Origin: Patellaria atrata CBS 101060
Taxonomy: Eukaryota
Direction: 5' to 3'
DNA: 64,000 bases
Assembly: GCA_010093705.1 (NCBI GenBank)
Contig: MU006091.1
Location: 62,001 to 126,000, forward strand
A program made the position numbers and the translations under genes. This document shows, one piece after another, positions 1 through 13,200 of the stretch. How positions within the stretch are numbered: the first letter of the stretch is position 1; every line of letters begins with the position of its first letter. The notes beneath the pieces were generated by a model that was not told the origin of the DNA, did no database searches, and was given only the letters and a program-made list of their open reading frames with translations.

Positions 1-973
1 CTTCCAGAACAGATTTATCCACCGAAATGCTAGACAACTCTTTGACTTCGTGTGACCCTCCCATTTTCTGAAGTAGACCACTTGGATAATCACTAGTGGT
101 AACGACTTCTTGTGGCTCATCTTCAAAGCTCAAAGATATGAAGTCGAGATCGTCTGCGATAATAGGGTTGGTCGATTCAGCGTTTGCGGTAACTAGTTTA
201 GCTTTGCGGATAAGCTTGACCACATCTTTCTTTTTGCCCTGTGAATCACCTGTGGGTGGAAGAATCGCATATGGGTCGGGGTTCGACCACCTGGGAACAG
301 AATCGCCATCATTCGCATTCTGTTTCACCGTCTTTGACTGCTTGTTTGAGGAATCTTCATTCTCACCAGTGACATCATCCTCGTCGGACCCAAGATCCAT
401 TTCTGCTTCGCTCTCTGACACATCTTCTGGGGCCATAAAGCGTGCGTGCCCGTCAGCCATGCCGTTCATTTGCTCAGGAGTGGTCTCACGATTTGAGTTC
501 AGAAGGGGACGATGACTGGCAAGCTTGGATTTATTGCCGCGCCAGTTTCTGTTCGCACGATTCGGGTTCTTGGTGCGACGAATTTGTGGTGTTGCTAGAG
601 ACTCTTGAGGAGGAAAGCGTGGTGCATTCCTATCAGACTGGAAAGTGAAGTCATCTTGGTGATCGTGGCGGTCGGAATGACGCGAGCCGGAATAACGCGA
701 GTGGGAATAGCGATCATCATATGATCGGTAGCGAACTGGACTTCTTGAACGATATGTGTCACCACGATATGTGTCACCGCGATATCCGTCACCACGATGT
801 GCGTCCCCGCGATATGCGTCCCTGCGATATCCGTCACCTCCGAAGTGGCGCATGGGTGGAGGCGAACGAGAACGCGAACGTCTCTGGCGCTCACTAAAAT
901 CCGGAGGTCGAGGTGGCAGAGGATGGGGGTTTCGCGCAAAGTTGTTGCTTTGGTTAGGGCGATAGTGAGACAT
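1..973 (-). CDS. TRF4: Non-canonical poly(A) polymerase Trf4/Cid14-like, N-terminal part (runs off the window start)
   Basis: Manual translation from ATG at 973 (not in the ORF track): MSHYRPNQ...RSRSRSPPP, (G/R)D.YR repeats, then PRWSNPDPYAILPP...KKKDVVKLIRKAK...DFISLSF, which I recall from the N-terminus of filamentous-fungal Trf4/Cid14. The catalytic domain lies outside the window. Confidence 0.7.
   Translation of the reverse strand, partial: MSHYRPNQSNNFARNPHPLPPRPPDFSERQRRSRSRSPPPMRHFGGDGYRRDAYRGDAHRGDGYRGDTYRGDTYRSRSPVRYRSYDDRYSHSRYSGSRHSDRHDHQDDFTFQSDRNAPRFPPQESLATPQIRRTKNPNRANRNWRGNKSKLASHRPLLNSNRETTPEQMNGMADGHARFMAPEDVSESEAEMDLGSDEDDVTGENEDSSNKQSKTVKQNANDGDSVPRWSNPDPYAILPPTGDSQGKKKDVVKLIRKAKLVTANAESTNPIIADDLDFISLSFEDEPQEVVTTSDYPSGLLQKMGGSHEVKELSSISVDKSVLE
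745..840 (-). repeat. 15-bp imperfect tandem repeat inside the TRF4-like CDS (GD[GAT][YH]R x~6)
   Basis: Repeated units such as gcgatatgtgtcacc, gcgatatccgtcacc and gcgatatgcgtccc, encoding GDGYR RDAYR GDAHR GDGYR GDTYR GDTYR. Confidence 0.85.
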
Positions 974-1778
974 TTTTGTGAGCGAAGTGAAGGTTGTCGC
1001 GTACTGAAAGTAGAAACGAGAAGGGCGCGTTTAACACAATTGATCTGAGAGGAATGCAAAACAATGTATCGTTTCCTAACACAGTGAGGTAGCAGATGAA
1101 GGCAACGAAAACACCCAGTTGGATGGTTTGTTTGTTGTTGAAGAAAAAAAAGAGAAGCAGAAGAAGGGGAGGAAAGAGTTGAACGAAAATTAAAGTTGAG
1201 GCCTCGGCAATGAATAAGCTTTGTGGCCCGTGCTTGAAGTCGAGTAGGTGGACGGGAGACAACTGAGTGGAGCTGGGGCCGCTAGAGTGTGGGAGTGGAG
1301 AGTGAGTAAGGTGCTCTCTATCGTCGAATACAAAGCAAAAGTCACATTAAATAATGAAAAAAGGGGGGAAGATGGGCCCTAAAATTGTATTCCAGTAGCC
1401 TATATCCACTGGTAATTTCGTATTAAGGTGAAAATGTCTCTCATGAGAAAGGAAATACAACAGTTGGCACGTTCAAGTATATCTTTGTAAAATACTGTAC
1501 AACTATACTAATATGGAAAGTTACAGAGCGCTCTTTCATGCGTATGCTCCTTTAGAGGCTGGAATAGACAGTTGATGACCAAGGCTAAGTTTGCTTTTAT
1601 AGTGGTTATGACTTGTAAGAGAGATATTGGAAGATAGGCACATATCCCCATTCCGGCTACCAGACCAGCGCCATCCCGACTCAAGGCCGTAGATGTTGCT
1701 CCAAACGCCCATATAATGCAAAGTTCCAAACACCGCACGGGATTATGAGATCTTATCGTATTCACCCTCGTTTATATC

Positions 1779-2164
1779 TCAACCCGTCTTTTGCTTCTCG
1801 CGTTCACGCGCCGCATCTCGTTCAGCGGGATTGTACCTATGGACCAATCAGAAAGAGCCAATAACAAGCAATACTCTCCTACTTGAGCAGCTTTTCGATC
1901 AGATCCACATGTGTCATTATCATGCGTCGGCAGCAGTAGCGGTTTAGTTGTAACTCGTCCATAGCATCGCTATTGAGGATCTCAGTTGAGTCTGCAAACG
2001 CTTTGAATAATATATATACCCATCTTGCATATTATCCACCTTATCGAGGAAACGTTCCCACAGATCTCCAATAACCTGAAGGTGCATGGTTAGTTGGAAT
2101 CATAGAATGCTCGGGATTGGCTACATACCTTTCCACAGGAAAAGCATCTTATTGGAATAATCAT
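1779..2164 (-). CDS. RPB10: RNA polymerase I/II/III shared subunit RPABC5 (Rpb10), 4 exons
   Basis: Exons 2164-2129, 2075-2020, 1969-1883 and 1836-1779 with GT-AG introns give [66 protein letters not shown]..., containing the RCFSCGK and YCCRRM zinc motifs. Confidence 0.97.
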
Positions 2165-2462
2165 GACAGAATATAGTGTAAACTGGGTAGTTTCGACTAT
2201 CTGATATAAGTGATCTTTTAAGAATCTGGAGAGCGAGGACCGTGTGATATTGATTAGATCCTCTGTAGGATACAGACGACGTCCTTTCAAAAGTTCTGCG
2301 GCTATTGCCGTCATTGGCACTAGCGTGAACCTTCAAAAAAAATGTTCGCAAATCTTGGCATCATGATCCTATCATCAGCTCTAATTGAGCTCCTAGACTT
2401 AACCAGCGAAGCTTTGGACATATGTGAAAACCTCCTGAAACGCAATAATCGATACAGGCAGA

Positions 2463-5400
2463 ATGTCGACGGAACAAATCCCATCCTCCAAAAAACGTAA
2501 GAGGGCGACAAAGGAAAAGCAGCACATTCGAGAGCATGCTCTGAAGCGAGCCAAAAGTTCACACGATCAAACACAACCAGTATCAGATGGTCAAAATGCA
2601 TCTGCTGAGAAAAAGGCATTGCCAGTTGAGAAGATTCTGCCGGAACCGATATTTAGTGAAGTAGGAAAACAAATCCTGGAGAAGAAAGAAAAGCACGCAA
2701 AGCGCAAAGTTAAGTCATGGCGCATATCGGAACCAATTGGCGGACGATTCTTGAATATGAAACCAATATTCACGAAAGACGAGAAGTGAGGCTTCATGCT
2801 ATCGCCGTGACGCTCTTTTAACGGTGCTATAGGTATATTATCGTCGCCACTTACCACTCGATATTGATATATTCAACTGCGACCTCACTCCTAGTTCGAA
2901 GTCTCCCTTGCAACGAGAATGACACAATTTGCTCTTATGCGTTGTCAAGTACCAATGAGACCAATTTGTACATGGGGATCTCATCCGGGACTATATATCT
3001 GTGGGATTGGGTAGAAAGGAAACGGCTAACGCAATGGCACCACAATACTCCACTTATCAGTTTTATTGTTTCTGAACCAGCCGCAGGGGAAGACGATATC
3101 ATTCACACGCTTGAAAGGAATGGTAAGAGCAAGAATGGAACATTGATCAAGAGCTATATTCCAATCAAGGGAGAAAGTATTCCAAACCGCGTCACTTTAT
3201 TCAAAACCTCATCGAACATCCATTACTTCCAGGTCCTTCTAGGCGGTAAAATCATCTTTGCAACATCGGATGATCACTTTGTTGTTGGCACTATCGAGAA
3301 AGAATCCGAATCTGCTACCTCAAAGGATTCATACAGATGGAGAGTAGTGAATGCTACAGATCCGATAACATGCTTTGATGTGAGAATAAGCACTCAACTG
3401 GCAACAAGCACTCATAAAAAGAAGAAGTTAAAGCGTTCCATACCCATAGTCGACCTAATTACTGGAGGTGCTAAGGGGGAGATACTTGTGTATAACAACA
3501 TAATCAACAGTTTAACTGGTATCGAGCAATCAGGACAACAGGGAAATTCAAACGTCATGCCTCGACGTCTGCATTGGCACCGTGAAGCAGTTGGAACAGT
3601 TAGGTGGTCACTTGATGGTAAGTTGAGCTATACTCGCCTAAACCTTATGCTAATTTACTTCAGGAAATTACGTGATTTCCGGCGGGATGGAAACAGTGCT
3701 AGTATTGTGGCAACTCGATACGAACCAAAAGCAGATGTTGCCGCATCTCACAGCGGCAATTGATGGCTTGACCGTATCACCCAGCGGCAGTTCATATGCT
3801 GTAAAGCTGGCCGACAACTCCATCATGGTGCTCTCAACAACCGAATTGATGCCGAAAGCACATTTCTCAGGAATTCAGTCCCAATTTTTTTCCGAGAAAG
3901 AAGGTCCGGAACTACGGGAGACAGTCAATTCGCAAATTCAGAACCAGAGTGATCCCTTACGCATATTTTGGCGCCTTTCATCCGTTTTAAACCCCTCCAA
4001 CCCAAATCAACTTCTCATAGCAGTGTCACCAGGCCAGAGTCGACTTGAATCAAATAGTATCAGGACTTCGCCCTTTCTACAAACTTTTGATATTTCTTCC
4101 TCCCACCATGTTTCTCGTCAAGCTTTGGCTCGCAACAATGTCACTAACTTTAACATTGGGCCTGATCATAAGAGGCTGGTAGACCCTGACGTGATTCTCA
4201 TGCGAATGAGCTATGACGGCCAGTGGCTTGCTACCGTAGAAGAGTGGCAACCGTCGCGATCGCAGGAAGATCCAGAAGAGGACCGCCTCGATTTAGAAGT
4301 TTATCTCAAGTTCTGGCTATGGAATCCGGAAAAGGACTGCTGGATGCTCGAAACCCGTATCGATTCTCCCCACCAGCTATCAGGTAGCTCCTTCTGTACC
4401 CGTATCCTCGACCTTGCAACCAGCCCGTCTGACATCAAATTCTCCACCATCGGTGGAGATGGCGTAGTACGTATTTGGCGACCCAAAACACGTTACCGCG
4501 ATGGGAGAGTCGTCCGCGGTGGTGACCCCAAGGGGATGATAACGTGGTCTTGTCAATATTCCATCGAGCTAGAGAAGGCTGTCGAAATTGTCGACGCTGA
4601 TCTCGAACTGCGTTCCGCAACCCTTCCCATCGCAGGCAAGCTCGCCTTCTCTGGCGACGGCTCCGTGCTCGCCGCGTCTCAAGATTTCGCATCTAGCGCT
4701 ACCCAAACTCTTGTCACCTTCATCGATACCTCAGTGGGCGAGGTCAAATTTACCCGTGCCGGCCTTCATGCCTCCGGTCTCGCTGCTTTGACGTTCGTGA
4801 AGCAGTACCTTGTGATCTTGTCCGAGGCGCTCAGCGTCTGGGACACAGTTAACGACAGCCTGACCTACGGCTTCACATTTCAGATCCCACCTTTGCCGCC
4901 ACACGAGCGAGAGCGGATGGCTCATCTTGCTGGCAACGAGGCGGAAGGAACGTTTGCCGTCGCATTGCCTGTGATACCGGTTGATGCGGAAAAGCCTACC
5001 TGGAACCTGAAGCAGGCATTCTCGAAGGTCATGGTGTTCAGACCCGAGAATCCGGAACCCCTCTTCTCCAGTAGAATATCCCATGTGGTGACTTCTTTAC
5101 TACCGCTACCGTCGAAAGGCTACTTGACCGTGGACGCGGCAGCAGAGATCCGCGTCCTAACCCCCAAGACTGCCGTACTGCCATTCGTAGCTCAGGGTTT
5201 GACTATGGATCTACCACTCGAAAGCACCGATGCAGAACCATCTACCGTGGAAGAGACCGAGGCGGTCAATGGAGATGAAGGGATGGTTGAGGAAGAGGTA
5301 GAAGTAGAATCTGATAATGGAAAGCAGGTGGAATTACTCACTTTCGAGGACGACGATAAACCGGTCGTGAGAGCACAGCAGTTGACGGAGATCTTTGACG

Positions 5401-5507
5401 TAGGACCGTCGTTTGCGCTACCCCCGGTTCGGGAGCTGTTTAAAGCTGTTGTGGGCCTGTATGGGAGGAAGTCGAGAAAGAAGGCCGTGGGGGAAGTTAG
5501 GGCTTAA
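2463..5507 (+). CDS. UTP17: U3 snoRNP t-UTP WD-repeat protein Utp17/Nan1 (WDR75), 3 exons
   Basis: ORFs 2463-2789, 2864-3763 and 3672-5507 join through introns ~2786-2832 and ~3618-3663. Motifs: GGRF..MKPIFTKDEKY, RRLHWHREAV..V.WS.DG.Y.ISGG.ETVLVLWQLDT, YLKFW, C-terminal PSFALPPVRELF. Confidence 0.88.
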
Positions 5508-6266
5508 GGATTGCTGTTTATAGCCTGTTCATATAGATATCCGGTGAAAGCAACTTTATCGACGAATAAGCGCCCTCGATGTACAGTAATGGTCTCGTAG
5601 CCAAGTATCGATATGAGCATAGGTATTGCAGCTCTGACCAGTGCAATTGTCTTTTTGTGCAGCGGTAATATATTATAATGAAGATCATTTGAACTTAACA
5701 ATAGCGAAGCATCAGATCAGCAAGAGATTCTCAGATAGATACCCTGATTACCTTTATTACCATTGGTATCAAAAAAAAGTCAACCTCTATCTGTGAAATA
5801 AACTGTATCTGCAGGTGCATGGAGTATGTCGCTTCATTCTCCATCTATCCACTAAAGGAATTTCTATATATACTCAAGAGCTACCGAGAACACGTATCCA
5901 AATCTCAATATATCTAATAGTCGTTGAGATATCTGTTGAGATAGTGGAGTCAGTTGAGGACGAAACAGATAATTGTTGAAGAGAGATTTTTTTTTGTGCT
6001 CCATGCTACTCCGTGGTTGACGGCTGACAGATAGTTGACAGATCCACCAAAGGACCCATACTTCAACATTACCCCTGGTCGCCAGTAGGACCAATACTCC
6101 AACAGCTCCACCATCTAACACTATCCTACACGAATAATTGCATAAAGTTCATCCACCCCCTTCCCGAATGTAAGGGTATCATATCCACTCTGCACCTCCA
6201 TCCTGACTATCAAGCTCATTAACCAACTCCGGCTGTGCTCTTCGTTGGGTTTTTCAAACCCACCAT

Positions 6267-7109
6267 CTACGCATGCATATGCACATCCGTGCCACCGCTC
6301 CTATGCCACGTTGCCAACAGCGTCCCGCACTTGGAGCACTTATGCTCGACGTCCTTGAACGAGTTGACGAGGTACGGGACGCAGCCGAGACAGAGGCAGA
6401 AGCAGAAGCCCGCGGCCCAGAGACTAGGACGGATGAATCAGCCATTTGGTTCCAGGTTTTGAGATCGAGAAACCCCGAAGAAGGGGAGAATGGAGATGTG
6501 GGAGAGGAGACTACTTACTGCGTGCTTCCCCCGCTCTCGTATGAGATGTTCGTCATGGCTCTCTGGCCGCAGGCGGGGCAGTCGACGGGTGCAGGTCCCC
6601 TCTGGAGCGCGGCTATGGGCGTCGTGGTCTGGTATTGGTGGCCGGTGGGCTTTTGCTCTTGGGACGTCGTCGGGTGCTGCTGGGCTGGTGGAGAGATCGT
6701 GGGGCTGGTGGAGTAGCCCGGAGGTTGCTGCTGAGGGCTTTGCTGGAAGTACTCTTGCTGGGAGGGATCGAAGTGTTGTTGTTGGTGTGGTTGCTCGTGC
6801 ACCTGCTGCTGTTGGGGTGGAGGGGTGGCGTAGTGTGGGGATGAGGTTGCTTCGGCATAGGGGCCTGGGATTGTGAGTTAGTGGAGGTCTCATGAAGTTG
6901 GCTTTTGCGAAGCGCTTCTGACGAGGGGAAGGGTGAGTGTGCTGAGGAATTGACGAGGTTTCGGAAGGTTTGACACGTTGACTGGAGAAAATTTCCATGT
7001 GACGTCTTGAATCAAAAAAACAAACAAGTGAAATACTCCACGTGGTTCAGAAGAATAGAATTGCGGGTATGCTAAACAAGAAAGGCTACAACATACCTTG
7101 TTTCTCCAT
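6267..7109 (-). CDS. LITAF-domain (zinc-binding, membrane-associated) protein, 3 exons
   Basis: Exons 7109-7097 (MEKQG), 6864-6519 and 6423-6267. A Q/P-rich N-terminus precedes PAPVDCPACG...HLWAAGFCFCLCLGCVPYLVNSFKDVEHKCSKCGTLLATW, i.e. CxxC - hydrophobic stretch - HxCxxC. Confidence 0.9.
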
Positions 7110-8854
7110 TGTGATAACGTGTAAAGACTATTGCTTGGTATAAAACGGAGAGAACTAAAAAGTAAGAAGAAAAAGTTGCTGTAATACGTGACCAAAAAAG
7201 AGAAGGGAAGTAAGGGCTTTAAATCCTGGAGAGCCACCTCTATGCGTAAATACAAGACTGAGAAGGGCTGAGTCTCAAACAAGGATATAACCGTTGGGAT
7301 CACAAGGATGAAAAGCTTCATAGGGCTACAAGGAACAGCGCATCCGTCCATGCGAATCATATTCTCAGAGCGTGACTTTCATTACTTGTATGATTCTTGT
7401 TGATCTTTGCTTAGCCACGTTGATGGATGTTTGTATCCCATGGGGCGGGACATCTTTGTGAATGGATACTACCATGACAAAGAAAAAGATGATAACATGT
7501 TCTGTAATTCGGAACGGGGATTTACTGAAATACCCTGACTAGAAAACTAGAATACTGATTTTAAAAAAGTCTACGAGGTATAGATGTAGGTTATCATGCT
7601 GACCTAAAATCACGGCCAAGCCGAATTTAATACTGCAAAACTTACCTGTTCCGTTAGTCTTCAGATCTCGGGAAGTCGGAAGCCATAGTGCTTAGCAGGT
7701 TATGGTACTGGAGAACCTAATGGAGATCCTCGTACCCAAAAGGATGGAAAACGGCTGGGATGATTTGGTGTTGGAAGTAGCTGTCTCGAAGTTCTAAGGT
7801 AGTTCCATGCCGCCGTTTCTGTGTAGGGTCTTTACTTCTTGTATAAGCAAGGTACTACACAGAGCTATAAAAGCCCTTGGCCCCAAATACCCACAACCAC
7901 TTTATATCAAGGGGCTGAAGTTTTGGTCAGGGGCTAAGGGGAGTTGAACTCCACGTGCAAAAGCACCACTGTACCTCCCTCCCTAGACCTTTGGAGACCG
8001 TGTTCCTTCAGATACATAATAGACATATATCCTGCAAGACCATAGTCGAACTCGCAGTAAAGACTGCTTTCCAGGTATGCACGAGATATCGTCATAACAA
8101 CGAGGGGTGGCAAGATTCTCAGACGTTGCCGATTTATCCTCTCACAGCCTTCCTTTTCCGAGTTATCCATTTAATTTCCACTGGTTACCAACAGCCGGCA
8201 CGCATTTATCTTACATGTAAGATTACCGGTCAAAGAGTTTGCTGGGCGGGCTTTGGTTGTGGGCGGCGAATGTTTTGACGTCAGAGGTCTGCCATGCTGC
8301 GGTTGATTTAAGGATTGGGGGCTATACATACTACCCCTGCGTAACTATTGGCTTTGAGCTACCTTATATCTCGCCGTCGAATATCAATCAAGCAATAGGA
8401 AAATTATACGAAGTATATCTCTATAAAGGTCGACTCTACTACAGTTTGTATCACACTTTATTACCATCCTACCATCTTTCTTAACCTGACCTAAACCAAC
8501 TCTGGGCATCAGTTTCCATTGACTTCGATTTTGACATTCACTTTTTCCAAAGTCAGTCATTCTCCTTGACTGCTGGAATACTGGATTCCTAGCTGAATTT
8601 AGAAATTGCGCCCTGCGTGGAGACACTTGGCGAGGTTCAAATCGAGAGATGCGAATACTTACAGTAATCCAGTATAGGTGCTAGCTCTTCGCTATTTGAT
8701 CATGTTCTATGGCAATCTGAGTTCAATGCCCAGATAACTACGCGTCCCGAAGCTCGTTATAGCAGATTTCTTTCAGAACGTGTTGGTAGTTTGAGAACAT
8801 GACGGACATCTCTATGTATGACCATGGGCTGTGTCAAGCTGCGAACTAACAAGT

Positions 8855-9901
8855 TTACCGCTTCCCTTGCGCAGGGATAGTATATCCCCGATTCATAAAA
8901 TCCGTGTTCTTGGACGTTGCTTTGGGATCTTTGGATGAGAACAAGCCCTTCAGATTTGCATTCGCATCCGTTTTTCGCCGTTTGTTTAATATTTCCTGCT
9001 CCTCCAACACCTTAGCTGTTAGTGACGCTGTAGATGCGTTCTTAATACCGCTAGGTACGTTCTTGCTCGATTCTGACTCTAGAGCCTGCTGTTTTGGGCC
9101 CTTCTGTACCTGAGGTGCCGATTCGCCATTTGTTTCATTGCCACTTTTCTCGCCGTTCTTCTTCCGCTTTCTACTGCCCGGTAGTTTCTTGAGTGCGTGT
9201 GTTAGACCGCGCTCTCGCAATGTCTGAACCCTTAGTGAAAGACGCGCAATATCGGTTGGGTCTGTAGGTAGAATGGGAATTATATCGTTAGGGGCGTATG
9301 GTTCGTTACACTGTTGCTATTAGACATAAAAACGTGTATTTACGGGGCCAGGTCTCCACATACCTGTAGACACTTCTCCCCTGCGATCTCTTTGATAACG
9401 CTAGCAGAGAAAGCATGACCGCAGGGGACAAGATATACGGTCTTAGATCCTGGGCCTAGTGTTTTTTTCGTGATCGGGCATATAAACTTCCCAGCTGTAG
9501 AAAGCCCGTTTTTAACGTCCTCATCGGGACTCACTTCGAATTTGACTTGAACAACGTCGCGTAAGCTTCTGATTGATCCCCGTGTAATCCTTTCGGCCTC
9601 AGTTTTCTTCACAACATTCTCCTCCTCCGATGGTAGTAGGAATTCGATTACGGAATCTTTATTATACAGCTGCCCCAATAAATCAGACACTATTGGCTGC
9701 GCCAATGGTTTATTGCTTAAAGGATCTGTGCTCCAGTAGTATTCCTGTTGTTCGTGTTGCGACGCCTTGAGTTCTGTGGTGGTGGGATCTCGGGTTGCTT
9801 CCTTGACAAGCTCACGGCGTGTGGGGATGCTGAAGAATGCTAAATTAGTTCTGAGAAGTTCAACGCGAGGAGATGACTCACCTTCCTCCATCATTACCCA
9901 T
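8855..9901 (-). CDS. RTF2: Replication termination factor 2 (Rtf2/DUF602), 3 exons
   Basis: Start MGNDGGS|IPTRRELVKEA across a GTGAGT intron; PIVSD..GQLYNKDSVIEFLL, FICPIT..., LVPCGHAF, C-terminal DFMNRGYTIPA. Confidence 0.93.
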
Positions 9902-10282
9902 GATGATAGTAGAGTAATAATAGGTTCTGACGGAACTTTGAGTGCGTGTTTAGTATATATAGGTGTGAGAGGAAAGAATCCTAATGATATCAGAACGTTA
10001 TCCGTAGTTTCTCCGCCAATGGCTATGGGCTCGTGGAGTTGCTACCTGAGCTCCCTGAACATTGATTACATTTAAATGGGAATATCATGCAATTTCGTTG
10101 AATATTTGGGGTTCGTATCTCTTTATGCATTGAATTATATTCTTTTACACTACCTGTATTTACAGATTCTAGAAGCGCTTTACAATTGAAAAAAATAACA
10201 GATACAGGATATTTTCCACGTCATACCAACGTCTCGTCTACCTTCACATGCACCGAACGCCGCTAACAGAAACAAATCTTTA

Positions 10283-13200
10283 TTACGCTGCTGGAGCAGT
10301 TTTGGGCTCCTCATACTTCTCCCAATTTGCCAAAATATTTCCGATCTTTGGGGAGTTCGTTAATTTGTATACGTCCTCAAAGTACTCTTTGGTGAGCTCG
10401 AACGGTTTAGCGGTGACGTTGGGGATGTACTTTCCAATGAGTTTGCTCGGGTCAATGGACGTCTTGTGAATCTTCTTGAGCAGGAAGCTGCGGAATGGTT
10501 TCACGCCTGACCGCAAGAATGTGCTGTGGAAGGGTACGTCAATGCCCTTGAGCGGAATGGTTGCAAAACCGCGCTGCAATTCAAGCGGCCTAGGCTTGGT
10601 TTCCGTCTGTTTGGCGCACTCTTTGATGATTTCGACGAGATGGCTTTTCACATCTTCCAGGGACATGCTCTGCATCAAAGCCTGAATGTCAATTTTTTGC
10701 GCCTTGAGATAGTTTGTGACATTCGTCAAGCAATCCAGGGCGCGTAGGTCACCGGCACAGACATATTGCATATTAGCGATATTGTAGTTCACAATCTCGA
10801 GCAACCAGCCAGTCTCCTCTGAAATGTTCTCGACGACATATTGCAGCGCTTGTTCATTGAACGTCTTGGAGATTCTGCTGGGGTTGACTGCGCACATCGA
10901 GTAGTTTGATCGACCAGCCTCATCACGCTCAACAGCGACTTGCATCGTCAAGCCACGGTAGAACACGACCGATACTAAGCTCTCGATAGGCATGACCTCT
11001 GCTAGTGCAGCAAGGGCAGAATACTCTCCGAGCGAGTGGCCAGCGAAGCTGCTATCACGTTGAACTAGGCCTTTGGCACGCATGTCTTCGAATGAAGCTT
11101 TCTCCATCAACGTCAAAGCGGGTTGGGTAAACTGTGTTGCCGACAAGAGACCAGTTGGAGAACGGTAGGTATAACAAGTCGTGTTTTCGTTGATCTCTTT
11201 GAAGATCTTTTCAGACTTGATCGTACCATCTGAACCCACGGTTTCGAAGGTCATGGACATATAGTTTTGTCGGATGGCCTTTCCACGGGGACCACCAAAG
11301 TGAATAGTAAGTTCGTTCGGATTATTTTTGACAATGTTTGTAATGGCAAATCCTGCGGATCAAGTAAGTCATTTGGTTCACGAAGGGGTACGAAGTACAC
11401 TGACCATAATTATCCATGAAATGCTTATCTGCGCGGTCCCAGACCTCTTTAGCAACAGCGCTGCTAGCATACAAGTCCATACCCATACCTTGCTCCTGGG
11501 AACCTTGGCCCGTAAACACATACGAGGAGGTTGGTTGTTCGACTTCCGCTTCACCCAATAGGACCTTTTCCTCCGTTTCCTTATTGCTTGCCTCGACCTT
11601 GATAATCTTGCGGCCAGAGACCATGCCCACATGCTGTAACTTGACATCAATCAAATCATCCGGAAGTACCATGCCGACAAGGGAAGCATGGAAGCTGCGG
11701 ACACGACCAATATTGTTTTCAGCTGCCCAGGTCTCGACTAAACTCCTTACAGCTGCACTAGAGTACATGCCATGGGTGATAGTGCCTGGTAGATTGGCGT
11801 AACTTGAAAACACTCTCGATACGTGGATAGGATTATAATCGCCAGAGACACGTGCGTACGTTTCATTAGAAGCGGGTGCCTTTAGAGTAAGTGGGGTCTT
11901 TCCATTGAGAGGAATAGGGTGTTCGAAGTTGACGGGTTGGTCCATCGCAGAACCATTGCGCTGTAGGTAATCCAGAACGGGATTGCCTTGCGATGTGCCA
12001 GCTTCATACTCCACCGTAGCAATCTGTATGATTTCCTTGGTTGGAAGCTCAAGTAGAACTTGTCCGATGGTTTCCACGGAGCTGAAAACAGTTCTACTCT
12101 TATACCGAACCAAACTTTGAAGCTTGAATGTCAAAGTCTTGTTGAGCAACTCAGTGTCAGGTTCCTCAAGCTTGAACCATTCCTTGGATCGTAGGACGGC
12201 AACGTCCTTGGTAGTCGCAAGATGTAGCTCCATAGGGGTTTCGATTTTGCGATGGAATGTGTTCTCGAAATCGGAGTACGCTCCACGGTAGAGGAACTGA
12301 CTCGTGACTTCCATGACGGGTTGTCCGTCACGAGTGATAGTTCCACATACTTCGACCATCTTACCTGATTCTTGGTTGATAACCGCATTGATCTGCGCGG
12401 TGGTGTCAAGGACGTCACCCTTTTTTAGAGGTTGCGCACCTGGGATCATTCGAAATCCATTGGAAAGGTGAACAAGTTTGAGAAGATCCCCATCGATTGC
12501 TTTCGGAAAGATTGGTTTGGTAATCGCTTTCCAACCTACAACAATGGCGAAGTCCATTGGTGCAAAAGTTTCTTTGCCCGGACGTTCAACGAAAGCTTCA
12601 CCGGTATTCCCTACAGCGTGGACAAAGTCATTGATAGCCTCACTCGTTACCGTAGCCCTGCCGCCCTCAAAGGTCGACGTAACAGATGCATTGAACGGTA
12701 CAGCGTCGTCCCCAAACCAGATCCTGTAATAAAACTCTTTGATACGGTCGTTGCGAGCTTCCATAACCTCATGGATCGGCGCGTATCCAGTCTCTGGATG
12801 GTATGTAAACTTGAGAGGAAGCGCGATCGGAGAACCGGACGTAGTTCTCTCTTCGATCATGTTGACCAATATTTCCGTCTTATTGATCAAACTTACTACG
12901 ACAGTCTTTATGTGCTTGCCGGCTTGGGAAGGTTCCTTGACCGTGATGACGGTCTTTGAAGGTTGCTTAGGATAATCAACTTCAACCACCATCCCGTGCG
13001 TAGGAGCGAATATTCTCCGCATTGGGTTCGTTTGGAACCTCTGACCTTGTATGAATACATCCGTGGTAAAGAAAGCATGACGCCACGAGTAATCCTTTCC
13101 TCCAAGAAGTTCCATCCAAACGTCCAATTCTGGTAGGGTAGCATTGGCGGCTGATGATAGTCTGAAAATAACCTTGTTCTGAATTTCGGATATAGTAAGA

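Noticed and set aside
595..1059. 154-aa minus-strand ORF and plus-strand SPRY-repeat ORFs
   Set aside because: Alternative frames of the 15-bp repeat. The real frame starts at 973 and runs off the window.
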